The translations under genes and the position numbers were made by a program. Below, piece after piece: positions 63,307 through 64,000 of a stretch of 64,000 nt of DNA (within the stretch, counting starts at the first letter, position 1; every line of letters begins with the position of its first letter). The notes under the pieces were generated by a model that was not told where the DNA came from, did no database searches, and was given only the letters and a program-made list of their open reading frames with translations. Source of the DNA: Lepidodermella squamata (taxonomy: Eukaryota > Animalia > Gastrotricha); assembly GCA_047495785.1 (NCBI GenBank), contig JBLDXI010000013.1, forward strand, positions 124,001 to 188,000, read 5' to 3'.

Positions 63307-64000
63307 ATGGATAAGGGCAATATATTCCTGAGTATGCAATCAGACCACGATGCCGGTGGCGACATGTTTTTGAGAATGCCAAATGGCGGCGGAAATCAAC
63401 CGCCTGGTGCCCCACCTCGAAAACCCGCTAACAAGCGGCCGCCGAAAAAATCTAGCAGTGGAGGAGCGAATGCGAAATTAAAAGAAGAGGAAATAGGTCA
63501 TCCAACGGACGACATGGATGTGCCACCGGCGAAAAAACTGGCCACCGGTGGGGCAAAGGCGGCCAAGTCAGGCTCATCTAGTAAGAAGAAAAAAGTACCA
63601 CAATCGAAACAGTCCAATGCCCAGCAGTCTGGAATTGCGTCTGCGAATGAACCAGGTGGTGGTTCGAATTCTCAATTTGGCCGTTGGAAGCCCGAGGACG
63701 ACTATGCTCTCATTACAGCCGTTCAGCAAACCTGCGATCTCACCGCTGTATACCTCGGTATTAGATTTTCTGCGAAGTTTTCGCTGAGAGAAATTCAAGA
63801 GCGATGGTACACGCTGTTGTACGACCCAATCGTGTCGACACTAGCCAAGTCGGCGATACAAAACTTGCCAATCGAAGTCATGTGTCGCATAGAGCGTGAA
63901 ACCTTGTTTAGCCGTGCGGAGGAGGCGGTAATCAGCACTGTGCCATCGAATAACCAGTTGGCACCGCCGAACGAAGTGTTCGATCAGTTGATACGTTCGC
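63307..64000 (+). CDS. MCRS1: microspherule protein 1, 5' part (runs off the window)
   Basis: Open frame from ATG 63307: GRWKPEDDYALITAVQQTCDLTAVYLGIRFS.KFSLREIQERWYTLLYDP..S.LA..A...LFSRAEE. Confidence 0.93.
   Translation, partial: MDKGNIFLSMQSDHDAGGDMFLRMPNGGGNQPPGAPPRKPANKRPPKKSSSGGANAKLKEEEIGHPTDDMDVPPAKKLATGGAKAAKSGSSSKKKKVPQSKQSNAQQSGIASANEPGGGSNSQFGRWKPEDDYALITAVQQTCDLTAVYLGIRFSAKFSLREIQERWYTLLYDPIVSTLAKSAIQNLPIEVMCRIERETLFSRAEEAVISTVPSNNQLAPPNEVFDQLIRS

Overview
Eukaryotic nuclear DNA from a compact-genome bilaterian invertebrate. It uses the standard code and GT-AG introns with degenerate donors; most hand-resolved introns are about 38-72 nt. By manual splicing I find about 19 protein genes. 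They are: a 16-exon micro-exon-rich CAP-Gly gene (-); a co-oriented run VAC14>SUCO>SMG7>CARS2>ATAT1 (+); a solitary, unusually long Cdx/caudal (-); a hidden unknown gene, CK1alpha and APRT (-); LSM14>ADAT1 (+); a papain-fold/C39-like protein (-); DAD1>AMFR>DNTTIP2>LRR-TM (+); PHAF1 (-); and ATXN7L3>hnRNP-C-RRM/BCL11-zinc-finger fusion>MCRS1 (+, runs off the window). There are also LINE remnants and a TA-flanked TIR MITE. Main observation: the long introns and long spacers between co-oriented genes that I examined are filled with nested complementary stems, often with G-U pairs. Excluding the folded part leaves about 42-63 unpaired nt between splice sites, matching the short-intron size class. 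This suggests RNA structure normalises the effective splice-site distance, probably also in operon-like units. All gene models, homology calls and pairings were made by eye from remembered family motifs; no alignment or folding software was run.
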